The notes under the pieces were generated by a model. The model saw nothing but the letters and a program-made list of their open reading frames with translations, had not been told where the DNA came from and ran no database searches. From assembly GCA_002691465.1 (NCBI GenBank), contig NZHP01000028.1, positions 5,263 through 69,262 on the forward strand: a DNA stretch of 64,000 nt. Reading direction: 5' to 3'. Source of the stretch: Gammaproteobacteria bacterium. Its GTDB lineage: Bacteria; Pseudomonadota; Gammaproteobacteria; Steroidobacterales; UBA11654. This document shows positions 1-9,165 of this stretch, in pieces. Made by a program: the position numbers and the translations under genes. Within the stretch, counting starts at the first letter, position 1, and each line of letters begins with the position of its first letter.

Positions 1-680
1 CCTCATTTAGACTGTTTGCATATTATGGGTTCGATGAAGGTTTGGCCGGACATATTACGCTCAGGGATCCAGAGTATAAGGATCACTTTTGGGTTAATCC
101 GCTTGGAATGAACTTTGCACATATCACAGTCTCAGATTTATTATTGGTCAAGGAAGATGGTGAGATTATTCAAGGCGAAAGACCAATTAATCCAGCTGCT
201 TTTTTCATTCATTCAGCGATTCATGCAGCCAGACCAGATGTAAATTCAGCGGCACATGCCCATTCTATATATGGAAGAACTTTTTCGACATTAGGAAAGG
301 TATTAGATCCCATCACTCAAGATGCAGCGATGTTCTATGAAGAGCAATCGCTTTATTCCGATTATGGCGGAGTAGCCTTTGATAAAGGAGAGGGCGAAGA
401 AATAGCCAAAGCACTTGGTGAAAAAAGAACTGCAATATTGCAAAATCATGGAATATTAACCACTGGTCAAACCGTTGATGTTGCCACCTGGTTGTTTATT
501 TCTATGGACAAATGTTGCCAAAGCCAGTTATTAGCAGAAGCGTCGGGAAAACCAATTATCATTCCGGATGAAATGGCAGAGCATGCTAAAAAACAGGCAG
601 GGACAGATCTGATTCTTTGGGCTAGCTTTCAGCCTCTTTATGATCTTATTTATGAACTATCACCAGATTTTTTGGATTAG
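1..680 (+). CDS. class II aldolase/adducin-family protein (5' end cut by window edge)
   Basis: Frame 3 is open from nt 3 (SFRLFAYYGFDEGLAGHITLRDPE...), upstream of the listed TTG at 42. His cluster AAHAHS and overall pattern fit the class II aldolase/adducin N-terminal domain. Stop at 678-680. Confidence 0.75.
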   Translation, partial: SFRLFAYYGFDEGLAGHITLRDPEYKDHFWVNPLGMNFAHITVSDLLLVKEDGEIIQGERPINPAAFFIHSAIHAARPDVNSAAHAHSIYGRTFSTLGKVLDPITQDAAMFYEEQSLYSDYGGVAFDKGEGEEIAKALGEKRTAILQNHGILTTGQTVDVATWLFISMDKCCQSQLLAEASGKPIIIPDEMAEHAKKQAGTDLILWASFQPLYDLIYELSPDFLD

Positions 681-683
681 AAG

Positions 684-2084
684 ATGCAACATACATTAGA
701 GAAGCAAAAAATTCAGTCAAGACGCCAAATCTATCCAAGTCTATCTATGAGAATAGATCGTCTTGATCGAATGCTTGATATGATGCTTGAATATCAAACA
801 CAAATACCAGAAGCATTATCAGAAGATTTTGGTCACCGACCTGAAATGCTGACGAAATTTGCTGAACTAGTAGCCACATTCGATTCAATACACTTTATCA
901 AAAAAAATCTAAAATCTTGGATGAAGCCAGAGAGAAGGAAGGCAACTCCTCCATTTAACTTATTTGGCGCTAAGGCTTACATCCAATATCAGCCCGTAGG
1001 TGTTGTAGGGATCATAAGTCCATGGAATTATCCATTTAATTTGACTTTTGGCCCACTTGCAGTGGTTCTTGCTGCCGGCAATAGAGCAATGATAAAACCA
1101 TCCGAATATACACCAAGATCATCCAGCTTAATGAAATCCATGATTAATAAATATTTCGATGCTGATGAAGTTGAGGTATTTCCTGGAGATGCTTCTGTTG
1201 GCCAAGAATTTAGCTCGCTGCATTTTGATCACCTGTTATTTACTGGTTCAACCTCGGTTGCAAAAAAAGTCATGGAAGCTGCATCAAAAAATTTAGTCCC
1301 TGTAACACTAGAACTGGGCGGGAAATCACCTGCAATCATTGGTGAAAGCGCAGACTTAAAGAAAGCATCGGATAGAATCTGGAATGGAAAATTGATGAAT
1401 GCAGGACAAACTTGTATTGCACCCGATTATGTCTATGTCAAAGAAGAGATTCTTGGAGATTGGATGGAGGCAACTAACAATTCTATCTCATTAATGTACC
1501 CCTCTATTTTTGATAATGACGATTACACGTCAGTGGTTAATGAAGGACATTATGCAAGACTTGATGGCTATATTGAGGATGCAAAAAATAAGGGGGCTGA
1601 TGTCATAGAGATTAATCCAGCAAACGAGTCAGAAAAATCCCACAATAAAATGATGCCCACAATTATTCTTAATGCAACCGATGATATGTTGGTGATGCAG
1701 GAGGAAATATTTGGTCCGATTATGCCAGTTAAAACTTACAATCAAATTGATGAAGTTGTTGATTACATCAATTTGCACGAAAGACCGCTTGGGCTTTACT
1801 ATTTTGGAAATAAAAAGAGCGAAGAAGAATTTGTCATGTCTAATACTGTTTCTGGCGGTGCCGCACTCAATGATGTTATTTTTCAATTCATACAGGACGA
1901 TCTTCCTTTTGGAGGCATTGGTCCTAGTGGAATGGGAAATTACCACGGGATTGAGGGTTTTAGAACCTTTTCTCATGCAAGAGGGGTTTATAAACAAACA
2001 TCGTTTGAGACTGTTTTGAAGCTGATGCGACCACCGTTTGGTAAATTAGTCGATCAAATTGTTTCAACCAAGATAAAAAAGTAA
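684..2084 (+). CDS. NAD(P)+-dependent aldehyde dehydrogenase (coniferyl-aldehyde DH-like subfamily)
   Basis: 466 aa. Motifs LELGGKSPAII, catalytic Cys in NAGQTCIAPDY, QEEIFGPIMPV. ATG 4 nt after the previous stop. Confidence 0.9.
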   Translation: MQHTLEKQKIQSRRQIYPSLSMRIDRLDRMLDMMLEYQTQIPEALSEDFGHRPEMLTKFAELVATFDSIHFIKKNLKSWMKPERRKATPPFNLFGAKAYIQYQPVGVVGIISPWNYPFNLTFGPLAVVLAAGNRAMIKPSEYTPRSSSLMKSMINKYFDADEVEVFPGDASVGQEFSSLHFDHLLFTGSTSVAKKVMEAASKNLVPVTLELGGKSPAIIGESADLKKASDRIWNGKLMNAGQTCIAPDYVYVKEEILGDWMEATNNSISLMYPSIFDNDDYTSVVNEGHYARLDGYIEDAKNKGADVIEINPANESEKSHNKMMPTIILNATDDMLVMQEEIFGPIMPVKTYNQIDEVVDYINLHERPLGLYYFGNKKSEEEFVMSNTVSGGAALNDVIFQFIQDDLPFGGIGPSGMGNYHGIEGFRTFSHARGVYKQTSFETVLKLMRPPFGKLVDQIVSTKIKK

Positions 2085-2450
2085 TTGAGCCTAACCATTA
2101 ATTCACTCATAAAAGAAAAAATACATGATCTGGGCATCGATGTAATCGATAGACATATCTTTCTTTGCGCAGATCAAACTGAACCAAAGTGTGCACCCAA
2201 GAGAAAAACGTTGGAATCCTGGGATTTTCTCAAGGCAAGACTTGCAGAGTTAGAGATTGATAATCGAGGCGGCATTTACCGATCAAAAGTTAACTGCCTT
2301 AGAGTTTGCTCGAATGGTCCAATCGCAGTTGTTTATCCAGATGCTGTTTGGTATCAAAACTGCACTCCTGATGTTTTAGAAAGAATCATCCAAAAGCATC
2401 TGATAGAGGGCATAATTGTTGATGAGTATGTTATTTCAAAGCCGAGTTGA
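2085..2450 (+). CDS. thioredoxin-like [2Fe-2S] ferredoxin-family protein
   Basis: 121 aa. Four Cys in the pattern IFLC..PKC...NCLRVC followed by GP(I/V)xVVYPDxVWY, typical of the TRX-like ferredoxin family. TTG start directly after the ALDH stop. Confidence 0.6.
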   Translation: MSLTINSLIKEKIHDLGIDVIDRHIFLCADQTEPKCAPKRKTLESWDFLKARLAELEIDNRGGIYRSKVNCLRVCSNGPIAVVYPDAVWYQNCTPDVLERIIQKHLIEGIIVDEYVISKPS

Positions 2451-4533
2451 TGGTTTCGAATAAATAGGTCTCATTTGCTCTTTGGATGAGATAGGCATGA
2501 ATATCCTCGACATCCCGTTCGCTTAAACGACTTGCAAATCCAACCATTCCTTTATCGACATAAAGTCCACCGAGTGTGATCGCATTGAATTTCTCATGAG
2601 TTTCAACTGACATATACCTGAGATCAGCCAGTACTCCGCCTCCAACGGCACCAGCTCCATGGCACATATGGCATTCCCAATGATACAGGTCTTCGCCTCT
2701 GGCAATACTTGCTTGATCTTCTATAGGTGCGGGAGGTTTTGGCATCTCTAAATTTCTTGGCCTTTCTGGAAGTTTTAAATCACCGTCTAGTGCGAAAGTA
2801 ACTATCCGCCCATTGATGGGCCCACCGGTATTCTTAGGCGGCAGGCCGGCCTGAAGTGCAAACACTCCTCCATAACCAACGACGACACTGACATATTGTC
2901 TTCCATCAATGCTATACGTGATGGGGGCGGCGACAATTCCGTTCTTCAAGTCTTCGCTCCATTTTTTTTCGCCAGACTTTGCATCATATGCAACAAGTTC
3001 ACCATCAGACGTGCCTTGAAAGACAAGATTGCCATCCGTCGATAAAACTCCCCCATTCCAAGGGAGTGTTAGATATTGCTTCCAAACCTCCTTTTGTTCG
3101 ACTGGATCCCATGCACTCAGACGACCTCTTATACTTCTTGCCAATAGCATTAGCTGAAGAAGATTCTTAGGCGGTGCCATGACTGTTAGATCACCCGCAG
3201 TATTCCATCCTTTAGCATCGTATTCATAATCATCATCTTTCTTCATCGGCATATAGAGCTCTTGAGCCGGAATGTAGACCAAGCCCGTTTTCGGGTTATA
3301 TGACATGGGCATCCAATTGTGTCCACCAAGAGCGCCAGGAAAGATTAGTTTTTCGGCTTCATCATAATCAGCCAGCTCTGTTTTGACCGGTCTTCCAGTT
3401 TCGAGATCAATATGACTGGCCCATGTGGCTTGAACGTATTTTTCTGCTGATAGAAGTTCACCGTTTGTTCGGTCAATCACGTAAAAGAAACCATTTTTAG
3501 GAGCTTGCATCAGTACTTTCCTTGCTTCGCCTTTGATAGTGATGTCAGCAAGAATGATGTGTTGAGTCGCTGTATAATCCCAATTATCTCCTGGTGTTGT
3601 TTGATAGTGCCATACGTATTCTCCAGTCTCCGGTCTTAAAGCAACTATTGAAGACACAAATAAATTATCCCCGCCACCCGGGCTTCTAATCTTATAGTTC
3701 CATGGGGAAGCATTGCCAGTGCCAATGTAGAGAAGATCTAGTTCAGGATCATACGCCATTGAGTCCCATACTGTTCCACCACCACCATATTCCCACCATT
3801 TAGCTCCTTTCCAAGTTTTAGAAGCCATTTCCATTGCTGAATTCTCAAATCCTTCATCAGGGTTTCCTGGAACCGTGTAGAAACGCCATGCCATTTCACC
3901 ATTGTCAGTATCGTAAGCACTGACATATCCTCTGACCCCAAAATCAGCACCTCCATTGCCAATGATCACTTTATCTTTAATAATCCTTGGAGCACCCGTG
4001 ATGCTATATGGCTTGCTGTTATTGACTGTCATTTTCTCCCAAATGACTTCGCCTGTTTTGGCATTTAGTGCTATGAGTCTCCCATCCAATGTTCCGACAA
4101 ATATTTTTCCTTCCCAAATTGCAACGCCTCGATTAACTACGTCGCAACAAACAAAATAAGCTTTTTCTTTTGGCACCTTTGGATCAAACTTCCAGAGCAA
4201 TTCCCCATTAAGAGCATTGTGAGCATATACCACGCTCCATGCACCTGTAGAAAACATGACACCATCAGAAACAATTGGGGTTGCTTCATGACCCCTATTG
4301 CTGTCAAGATCCGCAAACCATTCTATTCCGAGCCGATCAATATTCACTGTATTGACCTGATTCAATTCACTGAATCTTTGTTCATCATAAGTTCTGCCAT
4401 GAGATAACCACTCTTGGCTATTGTTTTTGGATTTCTCAATCGAATCTCCATTGACTTGAAAATCAGCACCATGAACTTCCGATAGAAGTAAGGAAAAAAG
4501 AGCGAATGATAGTATTTTAGAGAAAAATTTCAT
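2431..4533 (-). CDS. quinohemoprotein PQQ-dependent alcohol dehydrogenase (type II ADH)
   Basis: 700 aa. Sec signal peptide ([23 protein letters not shown]), repeated Trp-docking propeller pattern, adjacent Cys pair ([10 protein letters not shown]), C-terminal heme-c site CHMCH. Confidence 0.9.
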   Translation of the reverse strand: MKFFSKILSFALFSLLLSEVHGADFQVNGDSIEKSKNNSQEWLSHGRTYDEQRFSELNQVNTVNIDRLGIEWFADLDSNRGHEATPIVSDGVMFSTGAWSVVYAHNALNGELLWKFDPKVPKEKAYFVCCDVVNRGVAIWEGKIFVGTLDGRLIALNAKTGEVIWEKMTVNNSKPYSITGAPRIIKDKVIIGNGGADFGVRGYVSAYDTDNGEMAWRFYTVPGNPDEGFENSAMEMASKTWKGAKWWEYGGGGTVWDSMAYDPELDLLYIGTGNASPWNYKIRSPGGGDNLFVSSIVALRPETGEYVWHYQTTPGDNWDYTATQHIILADITIKGEARKVLMQAPKNGFFYVIDRTNGELLSAEKYVQATWASHIDLETGRPVKTELADYDEAEKLIFPGALGGHNWMPMSYNPKTGLVYIPAQELYMPMKKDDDYEYDAKGWNTAGDLTVMAPPKNLLQLMLLARSIRGRLSAWDPVEQKEVWKQYLTLPWNGGVLSTDGNLVFQGTSDGELVAYDAKSGEKKWSEDLKNGIVAAPITYSIDGRQYVSVVVGYGGVFALQAGLPPKNTGGPINGRIVTFALDGDLKLPERPRNLEMPKPPAPIEDQASIARGEDLYHWECHMCHGAGAVGGGVLADLRYMSVETHEKFNAITLGGLYVDKGMVGFASRLSERDVEDIHAYLIQRANETYLFETINSALK

Positions 4534-4653
4534 GAAAATATTCTACAACAAAATTGCCCTATTTATTTTTGCACTTAAAAACTTTTTCGTGGTTGTTTGA
4601 CTTTTGGTTTAATTTATATTCATCTATGAAATCTAAAGATTAAAGGGGGAACC

Positions 4654-6069
4654 ATGATCCTTAAGTTCAAATATTCATTTTTAATTACAGGCGCCTTATT
4701 TATTTTCTGCGGAACATTCAATGTTCAATCTCAAATCAATGAAAAAGAGCTGATCAATTATGCTTATGAATCAACATACAAACCGGTAGAGAGCGATAAG
4801 ACAATTATCATCAATGCGAATATTCTGACAGGGCGAGGCGACTCAGTATTGGGGGGCGCCATTTTAATGGAAAACAATAAGATTATAGCGATTGGTGAGG
4901 GCATAGACACTTCAGATGCAAACATCGTAGATGCCGAAGGCAAATGGGTGACACCAGGCATTATCGATATACACTCTCACATGGGTGTTTATCCTGCGCC
5001 AAGCTTAAGATCAAACTCTGATGGAAATGAGGCAACCAGTCCATCTACTCCCCATGTTTGGGCTGAGCATTCGGTTTGGACACAAGACCCACAATATACT
5101 TTGGCCTTGAAAGGTGGAGTCACTTCTTTTCATGTACTGGTGGGATCTGCAAATTTGATAGGTGGCAGAGGCGTGACCCTAAAGAATGTTCGAAGCAGGA
5201 CGGTCCAAGGCATGAAATTCCCAAATGCACCTTACTCTCTGAAAATGGCATGCGGTGAGAATCCAAAAAGGGTATATGGTGGAAGAAACACAGAGCCGCA
5301 AACACGTATGGGAAATGTTGCAGGTTATCGAAAGGAATGGATTAAAGCACAAACATACCAAAAGCGTATTAATGAGTATTCTGAAAAGTCAGATGAAGCG
5401 AAAGAAATGATTGATAGCCCAACTCGAAACATCGGGATGGAAACTCTGGTCGGTGTTTTAGAAGGCGATATTTTGGTTCATATGCATTGTTATCGAGGCG
5501 AAGAAATGGCAGTGATGCTGGATGTAGCAAAGGAATTTGATTATAAAATAAACACTTTTCATCACGCTGTAGAAGCCTATAAGATCGCTGACATATTGGC
5601 AAAAAATTCCGTCTGCGCTGCAGTATGGGCTGATTGGTGGGGATTCAAGCACGAAGCATTTGATATGGTCTGGGAGAATACAGCCATTATTGATCAGGCA
5701 GAGAATAAAACTGGTTGTGCTATAGTTCATTCCGATTCAGCACTTGGTATACAACGCCTTAATCAAGAGGCTGCGAAAGCATTGGCGGCTGGTCAGAAAG
5801 CAGGATTAGACCTTGATAGGCAAAGAGCAATTCAATGGATTACTTTGAATCCTGCCAAAGCATTGGGTATTGGCGATCAGGTAGGCTCAATTGAGCCTGG
5901 AAAAATGGCGGATATCGTCATATGGTCTGACGATCCATTCAGTGTTTATGCGAAGGCAGAAAAAGTTTTCATAGATGGACATTTAAAATTCGATATCAAT
6001 GATCCCGACTCTTTTGAAAGGACAGACTTTGATCTTGGAATTATTGACCCGGAAGGAGATAGATTATGA
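4654..6069 (+). CDS. exported metal-dependent amidohydrolase (imidazolonepropionase/prolidase-like)
   Basis: 471 aa. Signal peptide, HxH metal motif PGIIDIHSHMG, C-terminal GSIEPGKMADIVIW. Good SD (aaggggga) before the ATG. Confidence 0.85.
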   Translation: MILKFKYSFLITGALFIFCGTFNVQSQINEKELINYAYESTYKPVESDKTIIINANILTGRGDSVLGGAILMENNKIIAIGEGIDTSDANIVDAEGKWVTPGIIDIHSHMGVYPAPSLRSNSDGNEATSPSTPHVWAEHSVWTQDPQYTLALKGGVTSFHVLVGSANLIGGRGVTLKNVRSRTVQGMKFPNAPYSLKMACGENPKRVYGGRNTEPQTRMGNVAGYRKEWIKAQTYQKRINEYSEKSDEAKEMIDSPTRNIGMETLVGVLEGDILVHMHCYRGEEMAVMLDVAKEFDYKINTFHHAVEAYKIADILAKNSVCAAVWADWWGFKHEAFDMVWENTAIIDQAENKTGCAIVHSDSALGIQRLNQEAAKALAAGQKAGLDLDRQRAIQWITLNPAKALGIGDQVGSIEPGKMADIVIWSDDPFSVYAKAEKVFIDGHLKFDINDPDSFERTDFDLGIIDPEGDRL

Positions 6070-7313
6070 ATTTAATTAGATTTAGATCTTTCATTTTTTT
6101 CTGTTTGTTGTCCCTCTCAATTTTTGCAAAAGCAGATGACATTTTAATCAAGAATGCCACGGTTGTGACATCGAGTGATTTAGGCGTTATAAATGAGACT
6201 GACATATTGATTCAGGACGGAATAATTTCCAAAATAGGTCTTGATATTTCTAGTGAAAGCGCCTTCATTATAGAGGCTAGTGGCCGAATTATTACACCAG
6301 GTTTATTAGCGCCAGCCACTAATCTAGGATTAATTGAAATTGAGTTGGAGGCTGATACAAGAGATGATCGAACCAAACACTTTTCTGCTGGATTCAGCAT
6401 TTCTTCAGCATTTAACCCAAGTTCAACATTGATCCCATACAACAGAACTGCAGGAATCACCTCTGCGGTTGTATTTCCATCCTCAGGAAAAGGCGATTTA
6501 TTTCAAGGCCTTGGATCCGTCTTTAAGACTCACGGAAGGATTGATACTCAACCAATAGTTACCGACATTGCCATGGTGATGCAAATGGGAGGTGGACAAG
6601 ATTCTAGAGCATCCACTTTCTTGGAACTGGAGGATGCAGTTATGAAAGCTAAGCAGTTTAAGAGATCTCGAAATTTAATTCTAAGAGGAGGATTTTTTGA
6701 TACTGGAGAATATTCTGAAAGGGATCTAGAAGCTTTATCAGACTTGATGGATCAGAACAAACCTCTGATAGTAAAAACCAATCGAGCCAGCGATATGTTA
6801 AGAATAATTGAATTCTCTAAAAAGCATTCAATCAATATCATTTTCCATGGCGCTAAGGAAGCATGGCGAATCGCAGATCAATTGGCTGAAGTGAACATAC
6901 CAGTAATTATTGATCCAATGGATAATATTCCAAGCTCATTTGATTCTATTGGGGCAAGAATTGATGCAGCATCTCTTCTAACTGACTCAGGAGTTAACGT
7001 ATTGATTGGAATAGCGGATGCTCACAACTCTTTTCTTAGTCGGCAAGGGGCTGGAAATGCTGTCGCTAATGGAATGGATCGGTATGAGGCACTAAAGTCA
7101 TTAACCATAAATGTTGCTGAAGCATTCGGATTAGCTGATTCAATCGGAAGTATTGAAGTTGGTAAAAATGCTGATTTAGTTCTTTGGGATGGAGATCCTC
7201 TTGAGGTGGGTACTTTTTCCGATGTAGTTATTATCAATGGAGAAATAATGAGTGATATGACTCGCTCGAAAAGACTTCGTGATCGCTACCTAGAGGTAAT
7301 CGGATTAAAATAA
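6066..7313 (+). CDS. exported amidohydrolase-family paralog lacking the HxH metal motif
   Basis: 415 aa. ATGA overlap with the upstream gene, signal peptide, conserved C-terminal GSIEVGKNADLVLWDGDPLE. The HxH position reads ITPGLLAPATNLG. Confidence 0.8.
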   Translation: MNLIRFRSFIFFCLLSLSIFAKADDILIKNATVVTSSDLGVINETDILIQDGIISKIGLDISSESAFIIEASGRIITPGLLAPATNLGLIEIELEADTRDDRTKHFSAGFSISSAFNPSSTLIPYNRTAGITSAVVFPSSGKGDLFQGLGSVFKTHGRIDTQPIVTDIAMVMQMGGGQDSRASTFLELEDAVMKAKQFKRSRNLILRGGFFDTGEYSERDLEALSDLMDQNKPLIVKTNRASDMLRIIEFSKKHSINIIFHGAKEAWRIADQLAEVNIPVIIDPMDNIPSSFDSIGARIDAASLLTDSGVNVLIGIADAHNSFLSRQGAGNAVANGMDRYEALKSLTINVAEAFGLADSIGSIEVGKNADLVLWDGDPLEVGTFSDVVIINGEIMSDMTRSKRLRDRYLEVIGLK

Positions 7314-7314
7314 A

Positions 7315-9093
7315 TTAATTTCTTTTCGAAATTGTTTCATCTACTGATGTCAAATAGTCAGAAAGGCTGATGTCATTTGTAGATTCTGAGAGTTGATCAA
7401 TGATTTCGTCAGTTGATTTAAAATTAGGCGTATAATTTGCAAATGCATTGTCTCCTCTATCAACAGCTGTTTGATCAATCAGTGATATTATTGAAGAAAG
7501 TTCACTTTCATTGAAAGAGACAAATTGAATAATTTCTTTGTCTTGAGCTACTTCCTCAGTAAGCACTGACATGGCAGCCTCTACTTCAATAAGATCGATA
7601 TAATCAGAGAAATCTCGATTTTGATTATCTGAAAGATCAATTCCATTGGTCCATGCCAAATATACTCTTGGTTCTTTCTCTGATGATCCAGACTTCTTAT
7701 CCTTGTATATATCAAATCCTAGCCCGACATCAAAACTTCCCAATGGTATCTCATACCAAAATAAGTCAAATTGATAGCCGATATTGAAGTTTAAGAAATC
7801 TGTTTCATTTTCTGTAAACAAATAGCCTGGTTGAGAGCCTCTATTCATCCTTCCAATTGCGAGAGTGGACTTATATATCTGAGTATCATCTTGAACTAAA
7901 ATACCACCAAACGAGATTGCTATAGAATCTCCATCAAGCGAGTTGCCGATATTGGAACCATTGTAATGGTAGGCAGATGGATATTCCTGATTTTGGTAAG
8001 CACAACCATATTTACTTTGACCACTGAAGATTCCACATGTCGTGGAAGAAAATTCTGTAAAGACCCTGTAAGATTCAAAGTTTTTTCTATCAGGAAAGTT
8101 CCCCCATGTTTCAAGACCTAATATCCCAACAGATTTATCGATAGATGTTCCCGATATCTGTCCATAGGTTGCATAAGGAATTTCATTAAATTCACCAGAA
8201 AGGCGATAGTCTAAAGTATTAAGATCATATACATCCCCAGATCCTAAAAAACCGTCTATGAGTTTACTGAATCCGCATCCATTATTTTTATCGCAAATGA
8301 CCGCAGATTTAGAATAGCCAATTTCAAGCTTATCCATTGGCCGAATACCTAACCTTAGAGCGGTAAAGCGACGTTGGGGAGTTAGGCCTGTATTTTTAAT
8401 ATCTCCAAGAATAAAAGCAAGGTCCCAGCTTCCCAAAAATGATAGAACACTATTCTTAAATGGATCTGAAAAATTTCTTTCGATTGACAAACCTCTTATA
8501 GGCCTAGGATTAGTTGATAAGACGGTACTACCCATCCAACCAGGACCCCACCAGTTTTTCTTGGAGCCTAAGGTGATTGAGTAATTTCCTCTAGCCAACG
8601 AAATATATGACTCATCAAGTAACTGATAAGTACCTGTTTTCTCAAATTTAAGATTCATAGCTAAATTATTTGACATGTATGAACTACTTGAGGCGGCCAT
8701 CTTCTTTACATTTACTGGATCAAAGAATGTCATGATTCGATCAGGATTCTTAGCAACTTTTATTTCAGCATTAGCAGAAATGCCTCCAATTTGTTCTTCA
8801 ATGACTTTTTTTCTAATTCTTTGAAGAGATAGGAGTACTTCGGGCGATACTTCACTCACATTCTCAACATTGAGATTAAATGCAACATCACCCCAAGCAA
8901 TTGGCCATGTATTTAAGGGGATATCTAATATCCCTGAATCTGAGAGAATCTGGAGGTCATGCCTTACAAGGATATCATCTGGCGATGCCCATGGAGCTGT
9001 CTCCAAGTATTGAATTGGAAGAAAAAGCAGGTTAAAAAGTATGAAAGACTTTGCCCAGTATTTTTTGATAAAATTTTTCTGCATGTGTGGCAT
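7315..9093 (-). CDS. capsule-assembly Wzi-family outer-membrane protein (with acidic C-terminal extension)
   Basis: 592 aa. Signal peptide. N-terminal RHDLQILSDSGILDIPLNTWPIAWGDV matches the Wzi-family signature (xRxDLxxLxDxGxIxxxxxTWPxxxxxI). Alternating beta-strand-like body. Alternative start at 9084. Confidence 0.6.
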   Translation of the reverse strand: MPHMQKNFIKKYWAKSFILFNLLFLPIQYLETAPWASPDDILVRHDLQILSDSGILDIPLNTWPIAWGDVAFNLNVENVSEVSPEVLLSLQRIRKKVIEEQIGGISANAEIKVAKNPDRIMTFFDPVNVKKMAASSSSYMSNNLAMNLKFEKTGTYQLLDESYISLARGNYSITLGSKKNWWGPGWMGSTVLSTNPRPIRGLSIERNFSDPFKNSVLSFLGSWDLAFILGDIKNTGLTPQRRFTALRLGIRPMDKLEIGYSKSAVICDKNNGCGFSKLIDGFLGSGDVYDLNTLDYRLSGEFNEIPYATYGQISGTSIDKSVGILGLETWGNFPDRKNFESYRVFTEFSSTTCGIFSGQSKYGCAYQNQEYPSAYHYNGSNIGNSLDGDSIAISFGGILVQDDTQIYKSTLAIGRMNRGSQPGYLFTENETDFLNFNIGYQFDLFWYEIPLGSFDVGLGFDIYKDKKSGSSEKEPRVYLAWTNGIDLSDNQNRDFSDYIDLIEVEAAMSVLTEEVAQDKEIIQFVSFNESELSSIISLIDQTAVDRGDNAFANYTPNFKSTDEIIDQLSESTNDISLSDYLTSVDETISKRN

Positions 9094-9165
9094 TCTACTC
9101 TTTCGTCAAAAAATCTAAACATATTATGCATTTTTGACGAATGTTATGTCATTATCGTCAGCAAT

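Noticed and set aside
1629-1997. A 122-aa antisense ORF inside the ALDH gene. Similar shadow ORFs occur at 15188-15544, 16233-16640, 28558-28929, 37955-38290, 46236-46553, 50047-50451, 60289-60967 and 63149-63502.
   Set aside because: Each lies entirely within, and antisense to (or out of frame with), a gene that shows strong family-level motifs. Their translations show no recognisable motifs and have odd composition. They are typical shadow ORFs.
8959-9165. A 69-codon N-terminal extension of the carboxylesterase ORF.
   Set aside because: It overlaps the 5' end of the divergent Wzi-like gene. The ATG at 9166 begins a textbook lipoprotein signal peptide (…LAGYLASC), so the extension is very unlikely to be translated.
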